From Felis catus (Eukaryota): 64,000 nucleotides of DNA. This document shows, in pieces, positions 39,579-52,512 of the stretch; position 1 is the first letter of the stretch, and every line of letters starts with the position of its first letter. The position numbers were made by a program, and so were the translations under genes. The notes below the pieces were generated by a model that did not search any database, had not been told where the DNA came from, and worked only from the letters and a program-made list of their open reading frames with translations. Location of the stretch: assembly GCF_018350175.1 (NCBI RefSeq), contig NC_058368.1:18044001-18108000 (forward strand), read 5' to 3'.

Positions 39579-39744
39579 GGAGCGCCTGGGTGGCTCAGTC
39601 AGTTGAACGTCTGACTTTGGCTCAGGTCAGGATCTCATGGTTTGTGAGTTTGAGCCCCGCATTGGGCTCACTGCTATTAGCATGGAGCCAACTTCATATC
39701 CTCTGTCCTCCTCTCTCTCTGCACCTCCCCCACTCGCTCACTTG

Positions 39745-39776
<32 letters not shown>

Positions 39777-39790
39777 CTCAAAAATAAATA
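39579..39790 (+). mobile_element. SINEC ~200 bp upstream of exon 18
   Basis: ggagcgcctgggtggctcagtc; (CT)n. Confidence 0.9.
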
Positions 39791-39989
39791 TTTTTAAAAA
39801 ATGAACTTTATACTTTTAGGGAATTTTACTTAGAATGTTGAAGAAATAACTCATTTGATCACAAAGAAGTCGCTATTTGTACTATGGTATATTTCCTAAG
39901 ATTTAACCCTTAAGTGAGTTGGTTATATTTGAGATGTCCGTTAGCAGATGAACGCACTTTATGTTTTGCTCTTTCTCGGTTTCATTTAG

Positions 39990-40069
39990 GTTCAGTTTGA
40001 TCGTTACCTGTCAGCCCCAGACAGCCTGTTAATGCCACAGCTGAACTTTCTCCTAAGTGCCACAGTGAA
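39990..40069 (+). CDS. COG6: COG6 exon 18, 80 nt, VQFDRYLSAPDSLLMPQLNFLLSATV(K)
   Basis: catttag| acceptor, GAA|gtaagt donor; phase 2 out matches the last exon. Confidence 0.95.
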
Positions 40070-40823
40070 GTAAGTGTGTTTCTGTCTCAACTAGTTGGTT
40101 AAGATTCACATATTTTTCAAAACAGCAAGCACATTTCTTAGAAAAAAATTTCTTTTCAAGAATAGGACATTGACGTTCTCCTAGATTGAAGAATATAGAT
40201 TGAAGATTTAGGGTTACCCGCCTTTTTTCACGGCTCAGCCACCCTAAGAGATCTGACCCGACCCTGCTCATACTTACTGCTTACATGTAGGTGGCTCCAA
40301 AATCTCTACTTAGTGAATGATTCTTAAAATTGATGTGACTATAATGGAAGCATATAGCCATAATACCAAACTAATAAACATGTCAGAATGACATTGAAAA
40401 TGTCGTGGAAGCTCAGTAGTATATTAATTGTGCTGTGCAGACGAGCTGCTGTACAGACTGTTTGGATCTGTTAGGTATATTTTGTAATTTTTCAGTATCA
40501 CCTATTTACCAGGAATGTGTTCAAGACAAAGAACTATACAGTAATATCTCAGAATGTTACGGTTAGAAGAAACAGAGGGATCATATTGTCTGACCTTCCT
40601 GATTATAAGGAAAATATTGACAAATTTAAGTTGCGTGGAAGTAGGAAATTAGACAATTTTAGACATTTTTTTTTTCCTTTCCATTCGCCCTGCTGTGTAT
40701 TAAATGCTTTCTGTGTAACAGGCACTAAGGATTAAGATTTGAAGGACATTTGCACTGTCTTCAGGGAGATCATAGTCTGTTGGGTCAGTTAGACGTGTGA
40801 ACAAATATTTATTTTATTTTAAT

Positions 40824-41041
40824 ATTTTTTAAATGTTTATTATTTTTGAGAGAGAGAGGGAGAGAGAAGAGAGAGAATGAGCAGGGGAGGGGCAGAGAGA
40901 GAAGGGGACACAGACTCCGAAGCAGGCTCCAGGCTCTGGGCTGTCAGCACAGAGCCTGATGGCAGGGCACGAGCTCACGAACTGTGAGATCATGACCTGA
41001 GCTGGTCCAGCCCTTAACTGACTGAGCCACCCAGGTGCCCC
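40824..41041 (-). mobile_element. SINEC
   Basis: ...gagccacccaggtgcccc. Confidence 0.9.
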
Positions 41042-41579
41042 ACAAATACTTATATGAAAAGGTGCGGTAAGGAAAGAACTATTGAACTTGAAGAAAATAC
41101 TCCAGTTACCAGAAGGGGAGCCGTGGGGCAGAGACGGCACACTTGTTTCCTATTGTCCTGGAGGGCACGTCCGCAGCAGTCAATAGAGCAAGGAGGTGGC
41201 TTCTGACTCAACACGCAGGAAAATTTGAATTAGACTGGCCAACTAGAATTGACTGGCAAGGGGATGGATCAGTTTTTCTCAGACATAAAGTTGGGAAATT
41301 TGATCATTTTAGGTGTAGTTAATGATTTTAATTTTTTTTTTTACTTTTATATTTTATCATCCTAAAAGATCTCATACTGTCTACTTACCTGGAATTCTAA
41401 AGACCTGAGAGATTGTAAAAGAAAATCCATTATGCCGTGTCTCAGATTGTTTGTGTGTGTTTCTTAAATTATTTTTCTTAACCGAATACCTGTAGTTCTT
41501 TAGATTTAACCACGTTTCAATCTTAGTATTTGAATGTTGCGCCGTCTGGGATGTCACTAAATATAAAACATACTGTGAT

Positions 41580-41585
<6 letters not shown>

Positions 41586-41624
<39 letters not shown>

Positions 41625-41830
41625 TTTCAACGTTTATTTATTTTTAGGACAGAGAGAGACAGAGCATGAACGGGGGAGGGGCAGAGAGAGAGGGAGACAC
41701 AGAATGGGAAACAGGCTCCAGGCTCTGAGCCATCAGCCCAGAGCCTGACGTGGGGCTCGAACTCACGGACCGCGAGATCGTGACCTGGCTGAAGTCGGAC
41801 GCTTAACCGACTGCGCCACCCAGGCGCCCC
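41586..41830 (-). mobile_element. Very young SINEC_Fc with TSD AAACATACTGTGATTCTTTT (41566-41585 / 41831-41850)
   Basis: CpGs intact, uninterrupted T run of about 30 nt, perfect TSD. Confidence 0.96.
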
Positions 41831-42462
41831 AAACATACTGTGATTCTTTTCATAATATGCTGAATGACGGGAAGTTTTAACGTGTTTTATAAAGGATGGC
41901 AGGTAGAGCAGATGCCATAAAGGGGAAATTGGAACAGATTTGGCTACATAACACTTTAAAGTTTTTGTCTTGTTTTTGTTTTTACAGAAAACAACAATAT
42001 AAACCAAGTTAAAATAAAAACCATAATGTGGAGCAATATTTTCAATTTATGTAACAAAGTATCCTTAATATATTATCCTTAATAGCAAACAAAATACCAC
42101 AAATCAGGACAAAACAGTAGAAAAACAGACACTGTGTGTTTGGACAGTTCACAGAAGAAATGCAAATGGCAAATAAATAGAACATAATAATTATCAAAAA
42201 ATGCAAATTAAAACAGCAGTGAGAATATCTGTCCATCAGATTGCTGACAATAAGGCGTTTGTTATATGCTAATTGAAAGGGTCTGGGAAAATGGGTATTT
42301 TCATATGTGAGAGTATAAATTAGTACAATCTTTTTAGAGGGCAATTTGACAACTTCCATCAAAACTTTAAAAGTTTATGTCCCTAGACTCAGGGATACCT
42401 CCTAACAGACTCCCCCCCACCCATTCCTAAGCTTTAATAAGAGTTAAAAGTAAAGTTACAGA

Positions 42463-42644
42463 GGGGCGTCTGGGTGGCTTAGTTGGTTAAGTGTCCAGCT
42501 TCAGGTCAGGTCATGATCTCACTGTTCGTGAGTTCAAGCCCTGCGTTGGGCTTGGTGCTGACGGCTCAGAGCCTGGAGGCTACTTCAGATTCCGCGTCTC
42601 CCTCCCTCTCTGCCCCTCCCTCCCTCTCTCTCCCTCTCTCTCCC

Positions 42645-42732
<88 letters not shown>

Positions 42733-42740
42733 GAATAAAT
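42463..42740 (+). mobile_element. SINEC with expanded (CT)n/(CTGT)n
   Basis: ggggcgtctgggtggcttagttgg head. Confidence 0.9.
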
Positions 42741-43831
42741 TTAGCCAGGAAACAAAGTTGTATAGAAAGTGGAGAAAAGAGAATGAAAATAATTTTAAGG
42801 AATTCTTCCTTCTTTTCTTCCTTGGGATGAATTAGAGATGTTCTTTTTTCAGTGTCAAACTCCAATATTCACCTTTCAGTGATACAAATATTAGACATTG
42901 GAATACAGAAGATACAGTTAAACATATATATATATATATACATATATATATATGTATATATATATGCATATGTAAAATATTCTCAGTGTCTTTTCTTGAT
43001 GATTCAGAATTATTTCTGAATGTTATTATATCAGATGTGATTTGAGAACTCTTATTCAGGAATCTTCCTTGATTTGACATACTAAAAAAATAATGTAATA
43101 ATGTAAAAAACAATGCCTTTATAGGAAATATTTCCTCTTTACTTAAAGAGGTATACAGAATAATTTTTTTCTTCTTTACCTCCTTTTAAGCCACCTGTAT
43201 TAACTATCAGGAATACCTGTTCTCAATAAAAATAAAGTAAGTTTTGGGGGAAAATAGTTCCACCAGGAAAAGAACAGCTACTGGAAACCTGTAAGCTGAA
43301 ACATAACTGGAGCTTGCACAATGCTTTAGAGACTCGAGAAAGCCCAAGCCTTCAAAGAGAGGTTAATCTAGTCCTACATAAAGCCTACCTTATACTCAGA
43401 AAAGCTTAAAAACAAAGTATGAAGTATCATGCTGATTTTTAACTAAACCAACTGCCTTCCTGAACAAAGCTTAGCACTCCTAAGGATGACAATAAATACA
43501 GTCAACCGTATAGCATGTGTAATGCAATATTACTTAGAAGAAGTAGTAGGAAAATATGAACCAAAACTAGGAAAAAATCTGTCAATAGAAACAGACAAAT
43601 GACAGTTTATAAAACTAGCAGTTAAGTTCCTTATAAGCAGCTAGTTACAGTGTGTTCAAGGACTTAAAGGAAAACATTATTATACTGAGAGAAGAAATAG
43701 GGAATTTTAGAGCTGAGAATTCTAGACCTGAAAAGTGTAACATCTAAAGTGAAAAATTGACTGACTGGGTTTAACTCTCAGTTGGACACCCCAGAGAGAA
43801 AGATCAGTCAACTTGAAAAGAGTACAGTAGA

Positions 43832-44762
43832 GGGGGGAAGCGGCAAGATGGCGGCTTAGGAGGACGCTGGGCTCACCGCGCGTCCTGCTGATCACTTAGA
43901 TTCCACCTACACCTGCCTAAATAACCCAGAAAACCGCCAGAGGATTAGCAGAACGGAGTCGCCGGAGCCAAACGCAGACGAGAGGCCCACGGAAGAGGGT
44001 AGGAAGGGCGGCGTGGCGGTGCGCGCTCCACGGACTGGCGGGAGGGAGCCGGGGCGGAGGGGCGGCTCGCCGGCCAAGCAGAGCCCCCGAGTCTGGCTGG
44101 CAAAAGCGGAGGGGCCTGACGGACTGTGTTCCCACAACAAGCGCGACTTAGCGTCTGGGAGGTCATAAGTTAACAGCTCTGCTCGGAAAGCGGGAAGGCT
44201 GGAGGACAAAGGGAGGGAGAGCTGCTGAGCCCCCTGACGACAGAGCTCAGCTTGGTGGGGAACAAAGGCGCTCGCCAGCGCCATCTCCCCCGCCCATCCC
44301 CCAGCCAAAATCCCAAAGAGAACCAGTTCCTGCCAGGGAACTTGCTCGCTCCGCGCAAACACCCAACTCTGTGCTTCTGCGGAGCCAAACCTCTGGCAGC
44401 GGATCTGACTCCCTCCCGCTGCCACAGGGCCCCTCCTGAAGAGGATCACCTAAGGAGAAGCGATCTAAGCCTGCCCCTCCTACCCCCGTGCACCTTGCCT
44501 ACCCACCCCAGCTAATACGCCAGATCCCCAGCATCACAAGCCTGGCAGTGTGCAAGTAGCCCAGACGGGCCACACCACCCCACAGTGAATCCCGCCCCTA
44601 GGAGAGGGGAAGAGAAGGCACACACCAGTCTGACTGTGGCCCCAGCGGTGGGCTGGGGGCAGACATCAGGTCTGACTGCGGCCCCGCCCACCAACTCCAG
44701 TTATACACCACAACACAGGGGAAGTGCCCTGCAGGTCCTCACCACGCCAGGGACTATCCAAA
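43832..44762 (+). promoter_or_regulatory. L1 5'UTR internal promoter, CpG-rich, YY1-type motif CAAGATGGCGG at 43844-43854
   Basis: Only clearly CpG-dense stretch in the window; YY1 core near the 5' end, as known for L1 promoters. Confidence 0.8.
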
Positions 44763-45656
44763 ATGACCAAGCGGAAGAATTCCCCTCAGAAGAATCTCCA
44801 GGAAATAACAACAGCTAATGAACTGATCAAAAAGGATTTAAATAATTTAACAGAAAGTGAATTTAGAATAATAGTCATAAAATTAATCGCTGGGCTTGAA
44901 AACAGTATACAGGACAGCAGAGAATCTCTTGCTACAGAGATCAAGGGACTAAGGAACAGTCACGAGGAGCTGAAAAACGCTTTAAACGAAATGCATAACA
45001 AAATGGAAACCACCACAGCTCGGCTTGAAGAGGCAGAGGAGAGAATAGGTGAACTAGAGGATAAAGTTATGGAAAAAGAGGAAGCTGAGAAAAAGAGAGA
45101 TAAAAAAATCCAGGAGTATGAGGGGAAAATTAGAGAACTAAGTGATACACTAAAAAGAAATAATATACGCATAATTGGTATCCCAGAGGAGGAAGAGAGA
45201 GGGAAAGGTGCTGAAGGGGTACTTGAAGAAATAATAGCTGAGAACTTCCCTGAACTGGGGAAGGAAAAAGGCATTGAAATCCAAGAGGCACAGAGAACTC
45301 CCTTCAGACGTAACTTGAATCGATCTTCTGCACGACATATCATAGTGAAACTGGCAAAATACAAGGATAAAGAGAAAATTCTGAAAGCAGCAAGGGGTAA
45401 ACGTGCCCTCACATATAAAGGGAGACCTATAAGACTCGTGACTGATCTCTCTTTTGAAACTTGGCAGGCCAGAAAGAATTGGCAGGAGATTTTCAGGGTG
45501 CTAGACAGAAAAAATATGCAGCCGAGAATCCTTTACCCAGCAAGTCTGTCATTTAGAATAGAAGGAGAGATAAAGGTTTTCCCAAACAAACAAAAACTGA
45601 AGGAATTTGTCACCACTAAACCAGCCCTACAAGAGATCCTAAGGGGGACCCTGTGA
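44763..45656 (+). CDS. L1 ORF1p, 297 aa from ATG 44763 (coiled coil, RRM, CTD)
   Basis: MTKRKNSP start; heptad-rich region; [22 protein letters not shown] motifs; the track ORF starts at an upstream GTG. Confidence 0.96.
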   Translation: MTKRKNSPQKNLQEITTANELIKKDLNNLTESEFRIIVIKLIAGLENSIQDSRESLATEIKGLRNSHEELKNALNEMHNKMETTTARLEEAEERIGELEDKVMEKEEAEKKRDKKIQEYEGKIRELSDTLKRNNIRIIGIPEEEERGKGAEGVLEEIIAENFPELGKEKGIEIQEAQRTPFRRNLNRSSARHIIVKLAKYKDKEKILKAARGKRALTYKGRPIRLVTDLSFETWQARKNWQEIFRVLDRKNMQPRILYPASLSFRIEGEIKVFPNKQKLKEFVTTKPALQEILRGTL

Positions 45657-45706
45657 GACAAAGTCCCAGAGACATCACTACAAGCATAAATCATACAGAC
45701 ATCACA

Positions 45707-48700
45707 ATGACTCTCAACCCGTATCTTTCTATAATAACACTGAATGTAAATGGATTAAATGCACCAACCAAAAGACATAGGGTATCAGAATGGATAAAAA
45801 AACAAGACCCATCTATTTGCTGTCTACAAGAGACTCATTTTAGACCTGAGGATACCTTTAGATTGAGAGTGAGGGGATGGAGAACTATTTATCATGCGAC
45901 TGGAAGCCAAAAGAAAGCTGGAGTAGCCATACTTACATCAGACAAACTAGACTTTAAATTAAAGGCTGTAACAAGAGATGAAGAAGGACATTATATAATA
46001 GTTACAGGGTCTATCCATCAGGAAGAGCTAACAATTATAAATGTCTATGCGCCGAATACCGGAGCCCCCAAATATATAAAACAATTACTCATAAACATAA
46101 GCAATCTTATTGATAAGAATGTGGTAATTGCAGGGGACTTTAACACCCCACTTACAGAAATGGACAGATCATCTAGACACACGATCAATAAAGAAACAAG
46201 GGCCCTGAATGAGACATTGGATCAGATGGACTTGACAGATATATTTAGAACGCTGCATCCCAAAGCAACAGAATATACTTTCTTCTCGAGTGCACATGGA
46301 ACATTCTCCAAGATAGATCACATACTGGGTCACAAAACAGCCCTTCATAAGTTTACAAGAATTGAAATTATACCATGCATACTTTCAGACCACAATGCTA
46401 TGAAGCTTGAAATCAACCACAGGAAAAAGTCTGGAAAACCTCCAAAGGCATGGAGGTTAAAGAACACCCTACTAACGAATGAGTGGGTCAACCAGGCAAT
46501 TAGAGAAGAAATTAAAAAATATATGGAAACAAACGAAAATGAAAATACAACAATCCAAACGCTTTGGGACGCAGCGAAGGCAGTCCTGAGAGGAAAATAC
46601 ATTGCAATCCAGGCCTATCTCAAGAAACAAGAAAAATCCCAAATACAAAATCTAACAGCACACCTAAAGGAACTAGAAGCAGAACAGCAAAGGCAGCCTA
46701 AACCCAGCAGAAGAAGAGAAATAATAAAGATCAGAGCAGAAATAAACAATATAGAATCTAAAAAAACTGTAGAGCAGATCAACGAAACCAAGAGTTGGTT
46801 TTTTGAAAAAATAAACAAAATTGACAAACCTCTAGCCAGGCTTCTCAAAAAGAAAAGAGAAATGACCCAAATAGATAAAATCATGAATGAAAATGGAATT
46901 ATTACAACCAATCCCTCAGAGATACAAACAATTATCAGGGAATACTATGAAAAATTATATGCCAACAAACTGGACAACCTGGAAGAAATGGACAAATTCC
47001 TGAACACCCACACTCTTCCAAAACTCAATCAGGAGGAAATAGAAAGCTTGAACAGACCCATAACCAGTGAAGAAATTGAATCGGTTATCAAAAATCTCCC
47101 AACAAATAAGAGTCCAGGACCAGATGGCTTCCCAGGGGAGTTCTACCAGACGTTTAAAGCAGAGATAATACCTATCCTTCTCAAGCTATTCCAAGAAATA
47201 GAAAGGGAAGGAAAACTTCCAGACTCATTCTATGAAGCCAGTATTACTTTGATTCCTAAACCTGACAGAGACCCAGTAAAAAAAGAGAACTACAGGCCAA
47301 TATCCCTGATGAATATGGATGCAAAAATTCTCAATAAGATACTAGCAAATCGAATTCAACGGCATATAAAAAGAATTCTTCACCATGATCAAGTGGGATT
47401 CATTCCTGGGATGCAGGGCTGGTTCAACATTCGCAAATCAATCAACGTGATACATCACATTAACAAAAAAAAAGAGAAGAACCATATGATCCTGTCAATC
47501 GATGCAGAAAAGGCCTTTGACAAAATCCAGCACCCTTTCTTAATAAAAACCCTTGAGAAAGTCGGGATAGAAGGAACATACTTAAAGATCATAAAAGCCA
47601 TCTATGAAAAGCCCACAGCTAACATCATCCTCAACGGGGAAAAACTGAGAGCTTTTTCCCTGAGATCAGGAACACGACAAGGATGCCCACTCTCACCGCT
47701 GCTGTTTAACATAGTGCTGGAAGTTCTAGCATCAGCAATCAGACAACAAAAGGAAATCAAAGGCATCAAAATTGGCAAAGACGAAGTCAAGCTTTCGCTT
47801 TTTGCAGATGACATGATATTATACATGGAAAATCCGATAGACTCCACCAAAAGTCTACTAGAACTGATACAGGAATTCAGCAAAGTTGCAGGATACAAAA
47901 TCAATGTACAGAAATCAGTTGCATTCTTATACACTAACAATGAAGCAACAGAAAGACAAATAAAGAAACTGATCCCATTCACAATTGCACCAAGAAGCAT
48001 AAAATACCTAGGAATAAATCTAACCAAAGATGTAAAGGATCTGTATGCTGAAAACTATAGAAAGCTTATGAAGGAAATTGAAGAAGATTTAAAGAAATGG
48101 AAAGACATTCCCTGCTCATGGATTGGAAAAATAAATATTGTCAAAATGTCAATACTACCCAAAGCTATCTACACATTCAATGCAATCCCAATCAAAATTG
48201 CACCAGCATTCTTCTCGAAACTAGAACAAGCAATCCTAAAATTCATATGGAACCACAAAAGGCCCCGAATAGCCAAAGGAATTTTGAAGAAGAAGACCAA
48301 AGCAGGAGGCATCACAATCCCAGACTTTAGCCTCTACTACAAAGCTGTCATCATCAAGACAGCATGGTATTGGCACAGAAACAGACACATAGACCAATGG
48401 AATAGAATAGAAACCCCAGAACTAGACCCACAAACGTATGGCCAACTCATCTTTGACAAAGCAGGAAAGAACATCCAATGGAAAAAAGACAGCCTCTTTA
48501 ACAAATGGTGCTGGGAGAACTGGACAGCAACATGCAGAAGGTTGAAACTAGACCACTTTCTCACACCATTCACAAAAATAAACTCAAAATGGATAAAGGA
48601 CCTAAATGTGAGACAGGAAACCATCAAAACCTTAGAGGAGAAAGCAGGAAAAGACCTCTCTGACCTCAGCCGTAGCAATCTCTTACTCGACACATCCCCA

Positions 48701-49531
48701 AAGGCAAGGGAATTAAAAGCAAAAGTGAATTACTGGGACCTTATGAAGATAAAAAGCTTCTGCACAGCAAAGGAAACAACCAACAAAACTAAAAGGCAAC
48801 CAACGGAATGGGAAAAGATATTTGCAAATGACATATCGGACAAAGGGCTAGTATCCAAAATCTATAAAGAGCTCACCAAACTCCACACCCGAAAAACAAA
48901 TAACCCAGTGAAGAAATGGGCAGAAAACATGAATAGACACTTCTCTAAAGAAGACATCCGGATGGCCAACAGGCACATGAAAAGATGTTCAGCGTCGCTC
49001 CTTATCAGGGAAATACAAATCAAAACCACACTCAGGTATCACCTCACGCCAGTCAGAGTGGCCAAAATGAACAAATCAGGAGACTCTAGATGCTGGAGAG
49101 GATGTGGAGAAACGGGAACCCTCTTGCACTGTTGGTGGGAATGCAAATTGGTGCAGCCGCTCTGGAAAGCAGTGTGGAGGTTCCTCAGAAAATTAAAAAT
49201 AGACCTACCCTATGACCCAGCAATAGCACTGCTAGGAATTTATCCAAGGGATACAGGAGTACTGATGCATAGGGCCACTTGTACCCCAATGTTCATAGCA
49301 GCACTCTCAACAATAGCCAAATTATGGAAAGAGCCTAAATGTCCATCAACTGATGAATGGATAAAGAAATTGTGGTTTATATACACAATGGAATATTACG
49401 TGGCAATGAGAAAAAATGAAATATGGCCTTTTGTAGCAACGTGGATGGAACTGGAGAGTGTGATGCTAAGTGAAATAAGCCATACAGAGAAAGACAGATA
49501 CCATATGGTTTCACTCTTATGTGGACCCTGA
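45707..49531 (+). CDS. L1 ORF2p, 1274 aa from ATG 45707 (APE-like endonuclease, reverse transcriptase, Cys-rich C-terminus)
   Basis: [25 protein letters not shown] (EN); [12 protein letters not shown] (RT); CWRGC...HCWWEC; no stops or frameshifts. Confidence 0.98.
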   Translation: MTLNPYLSIITLNVNGLNAPTKRHRVSEWIKKQDPSICCLQETHFRPEDTFRLRVRGWRTIYHATGSQKKAGVAILTSDKLDFKLKAVTRDEEGHYIIVTGSIHQEELTIINVYAPNTGAPKYIKQLLINISNLIDKNVVIAGDFNTPLTEMDRSSRHTINKETRALNETLDQMDLTDIFRTLHPKATEYTFFSSAHGTFSKIDHILGHKTALHKFTRIEIIPCILSDHNAMKLEINHRKKSGKPPKAWRLKNTLLTNEWVNQAIREEIKKYMETNENENTTIQTLWDAAKAVLRGKYIAIQAYLKKQEKSQIQNLTAHLKELEAEQQRQPKPSRRREIIKIRAEINNIESKKTVEQINETKSWFFEKINKIDKPLARLLKKKREMTQIDKIMNENGIITTNPSEIQTIIREYYEKLYANKLDNLEEMDKFLNTHTLPKLNQEEIESLNRPITSEEIESVIKNLPTNKSPGPDGFPGEFYQTFKAEIIPILLKLFQEIEREGKLPDSFYEASITLIPKPDRDPVKKENYRPISLMNMDAKILNKILANRIQRHIKRILHHDQVGFIPGMQGWFNIRKSINVIHHINKKKEKNHMILSIDAEKAFDKIQHPFLIKTLEKVGIEGTYLKIIKAIYEKPTANIILNGEKLRAFSLRSGTRQGCPLSPLLFNIVLEVLASAIRQQKEIKGIKIGKDEVKLSLFADDMILYMENPIDSTKSLLELIQEFSKVAGYKINVQKSVAFLYTNNEATERQIKKLIPFTIAPRSIKYLGINLTKDVKDLYAENYRKLMKEIEEDLKKWKDIPCSWIGKINIVKMSILPKAIYTFNAIPIKIAPAFFSKLEQAILKFIWNHKRPRIAKGILKKKTKAGGITIPDFSLYYKAVIIKTAWYWHRNRHIDQWNRIETPELDPQTYGQLIFDKAGKNIQWKKDSLFNKWCWENWTATCRRLKLDHFLTPFTKINSKWIKDLNVRQETIKTLEEKAGKDLSDLSRSNLLLDTSPKARELKAKVNYWDLMKIKSFCTAKETTNKTKRQPTEWEKIFANDISDKGLVSKIYKELTKLHTRKTNNPVKKWAENMNRHFSKEDIRMANRHMKRCSASLLIREIQIKTTLRYHLTPVRVAKMNKSGDSRCWRGCGETGTLLHCWWECKLVQPLWKAVWRFLRKLKIDLPYDPAIALLGIYPRDTGVLMHRATCTPMFIAALSTIAKLWKEPKCPSTDEWIKKLWFIYTMEYYVAMRKNEIWPFVATWMELESVMLSEISHTEKDRYHMVSLLCGP

Positions 49532-52308
49532 GAATTTAACAGGAACCCATGGGGGAGGGGAAGGAAAAAAAAAAAAAAAACAGGTTAGAGTGGGAGAGAG
49601 CCAAAGTATAAGAGACTCTTAAAAACTGAGAACAAACTGAGGGTTGATGGGGGGTGGGAGGGAGGAGAGGGTGGGTGATGGGTATTGAGGAGGGCACCTT
49701 TTGGGATGAGCACTGGGTGTTGTATGGAAACTAATTTGTCAATAAATTTCATATTAAAAAAAAAAAAAAAGAAAAGAGTACAGTAGAAACGATCCAAACT
49801 GAAGCAGTGATAGAAAACATTAAAAGGCTAGAAAAAGATGAAGAGAGCCTTAGTGAATTGTGGCATAATATTAAGCAAACTCAAGTAGGTATAATAACTG
49901 GAGTGTCATAATGAGAATGAGTCAGAAAAAATTTGAAGAAATGAAACAAGTTTTTCCAAATGTGATGGAAAACATGAGCCCACAACCCAAGAAGCTAAAT
50001 AACTCAGCAGAGAAAACCATACCAGAGTATACGTACCATCATCTTATCATTGAAAACCAGGGATAAAGAGAAAAATCTTGAAAGCAGCCAGAGGGAAAAA
50101 GACATATTGTGTATAGGATTCGAATGATGGTTAAGTATACTACTGACTTCTTATTAGAAACAGTGCAAACGAGAAGGCAATAGAATATCATCTTTAAATG
50201 TCTACTTTGTGTGTTCATCACATGTATCTTTCAAACTCAACGCACAAAAAATACATTTTGTGATAAATAAAAGTAGACTAGTATGCTGCACTGTAGAAAA
50301 TGATAAAGGAAGTCTGTCAGGCTCAAGGAAAAGAATACCAGAAGAAAACTCAGATCAACACAGGAATAATGAGTACAGTAAATGCTAAATATAAAAGGTA
50401 GTGGACCATTTAAAACAAAAATACTAACAGTGAATTGTGGAATTTTTAACACATAGAAATGAAATTTATAAGAAATGCACAAAAGATGGAGTGGGAAGGA
50501 AGTAGAAATACATATTTATGATGTTACAAGGTTATTATATAATATAATAATATTTTTTGAAGGTAGATTGTGAACCTTGCAGCCAGCTCTCAAATGAACA
50601 AAATTATCTAACATTCCAATAGTCAAGATAAAATAGAATGCTAAAAAAGCAATTATATCAAAACAAGGCAGAAAAAGAAGGGAAAAGAATAGAAGGGGAA
50701 AATCTAAAAAAAAAAAAAGCAGGATGATAGACTTAAATTCAGCCTTATAAATAATTATATTAAATGTAAAAGAACTGTTACTTCAGTTAAAAGGCAGATT
50801 AGATTCTTAGATGAAAAAGCATGGCCCACTGTCTGCTGTCTATAAGAAATACACTTTAACAGTAAGGATACAGATAGTTTAAAAGTAAAATCGTAACAAA
50901 GCTAAAGAAGTTGTATTAGTATCAGAAAAATTAGACTGCAAGACAGATACCAAAGATAAGGAGGTACGTTTTACAATAATAATAGAATCAATTCGTGAAG
51001 AGGATATAATTGTCAGTGTGTGCATCTAATAGCAGAGCTTCAAAAAATAAGCAGTATAAGTTCATAGAATTGAGGAAGAATAGATACACTGACAATTGTA
51101 GGTAGGTATTTCAACACCCCTCTCAGTAATTGTTAGAAAAAGTAACCAAAAATCTGACATGGTGTAAAGGAACTGAACAATGCCAGCAATCAAACCTAAT
51201 ACATATAGAATACCACACACATTTATAGAAGGTAACATTCTTTTCAAGTGCCTATAAAACATTCACCAAGCTAATGTAAGAATGAGCAAAAAAGAAATGG
51301 GTATAATCCACTAGTGAATATTTTTATCTATAAACATGGTATGCCTGTTTATTCAGATATTTTAGAATTTTCAATAAAGTTTTATAATTTCCTCATATAG
51401 TCTTCTGTCTATATTATCGGGTTTCTTCCTAGGAAATAATTCTGTGACTATTATGATAAGATCTTTTATTTTCTGTTACCTGTTCTAATTAGGTATTGCT
51501 GGTGTATATCAAATGTACTAAATTTCATATGATCATTTTGAATCTGGCCAAGTAACTAAACTATTTTAGTTCTATTAACTTATCAGTTGTTTAGTTTTTG
51601 GTGAAGACAGCTAAGGATAATGAGTTTTATTAATTTTTTTTCAGTATTTATGACTAAAATCATTGTATCAGTTAAGAACTGCAAGGTAAATAGTAGATGT
51701 AATAGTGAGTGTGCATATTTTACTTTGAATTTTAATGAAAATGTTTCGGATGTTTCATCATTAAGTGTGAGTTTTGCTGTGGATTTTCAGCGTTCCAACA
51801 GTCATATGGTATTCTTTTCCAACTGGTTATGTGATATAGTTAATCTAATAAATTCAGTATAACTTCAGTCATAATTCTCAAAGAACCACTTTATTAAATG
51901 TTTATCTAGAAAAAAGTATGTGAGAGGAGACTCTAGTTACTTTTGAACATCTTCACAGTTCACCACTCTGGTCCAAGGTAGTGTCACTTGTGCCTATATT
52001 ACCACGTTAGCTTCTGAACTATTCTGTTTTCACCCTTGCCCCACCCCAACTCCTACAGTGTAATCAATCTGAACACCTCAACCAGATTGATTCTTTAACT
52101 TCACTTAATCCTCCCATGAATTAGGATTTCCTCTTTCCAGTGGCGACATCACTTAGAAAGTTTAAATAATTGAACCAAGGGCAAACAGAAGCAAGCAGAG
52201 CCAAGATTTGAATCCACTATTTCTGATTCCAATGCCTATTCTCTTTAACACTAGCCTGTACTGTATTTTTATTAGTCCTTTCTATGTTGAGATTATATTA
52301 TTATTTTT

Positions 52309-52512
52309 TAAGTGTATTTATTTTTGACAGAGACAGAGTGTGAGCATGAGCTGGGGAGGGGCAGGGAGAGAGAGGGAGACACAGAATCCGAAGCAGGCTC
52401 TAGGCTCCAAGCTGTCAGCACAGAGCCTGATGTGGGGCTCGAACCCACGAACTGTGAGATCGTGACCTGGGCTGAAGTGAGACGCTTAACCGACTGAGCC
52501 ACACAGGGGCCC
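52309..52512 (-). mobile_element. SINEC with TSD TGAGATTATATTATTATTTTT (52288-52308 / 52513-52533)
   Basis: Direct flanking repeat. Confidence 0.92.

Larger units (their letters stand above)
43832..49770 (+). mobile_element. Full-length feline-type LINE-1 with 17-bp TSD GAAAAGAGTACAGTAGA (43815-43831 / 49771-49787)
   Basis: GGGGGG start, CpG-rich 5'UTR, two intact ORFs, G-rich 3'UTR, AATAAA 49741-49746, A-tail, perfect TSD at a TT|GAAAA endonuclease-type site. Confidence 0.98.
43230..51270 (+). mobile_element. Ancient degraded L1 (ORF1 to start of ORF2) split by the young L1
   Basis: Joining the flanks gives agatcagtcaacttgaaaagagtacagtagaaacgatccaaactgaag, an old ORF1 coiled-coil-like sequence; aaaatcttgaaagcagccaga at ~50075; EN-like remnants at 50750-51270. 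Confidence 0.75.

Noticed and set aside
43848..43859. Three-codon uORF ATG GCG GCT TAG at the L1 start
   Set aside because: The ATG is part of the YY1 motif; no evidence of a separate function.
43907..44449. 180-aa antisense ORF in the L1 5'UTR
   Set aside because: Starts at GTG in GC-rich, stop-poor sequence; only the ATG-initiated 73-aa frame was kept as a candidate.
44960..48693. Minus-strand ORFs of 62-150 aa inside the L1 coding region
   Set aside because: Shadow ORFs of the A-rich L1 sense strand; no independent evidence.
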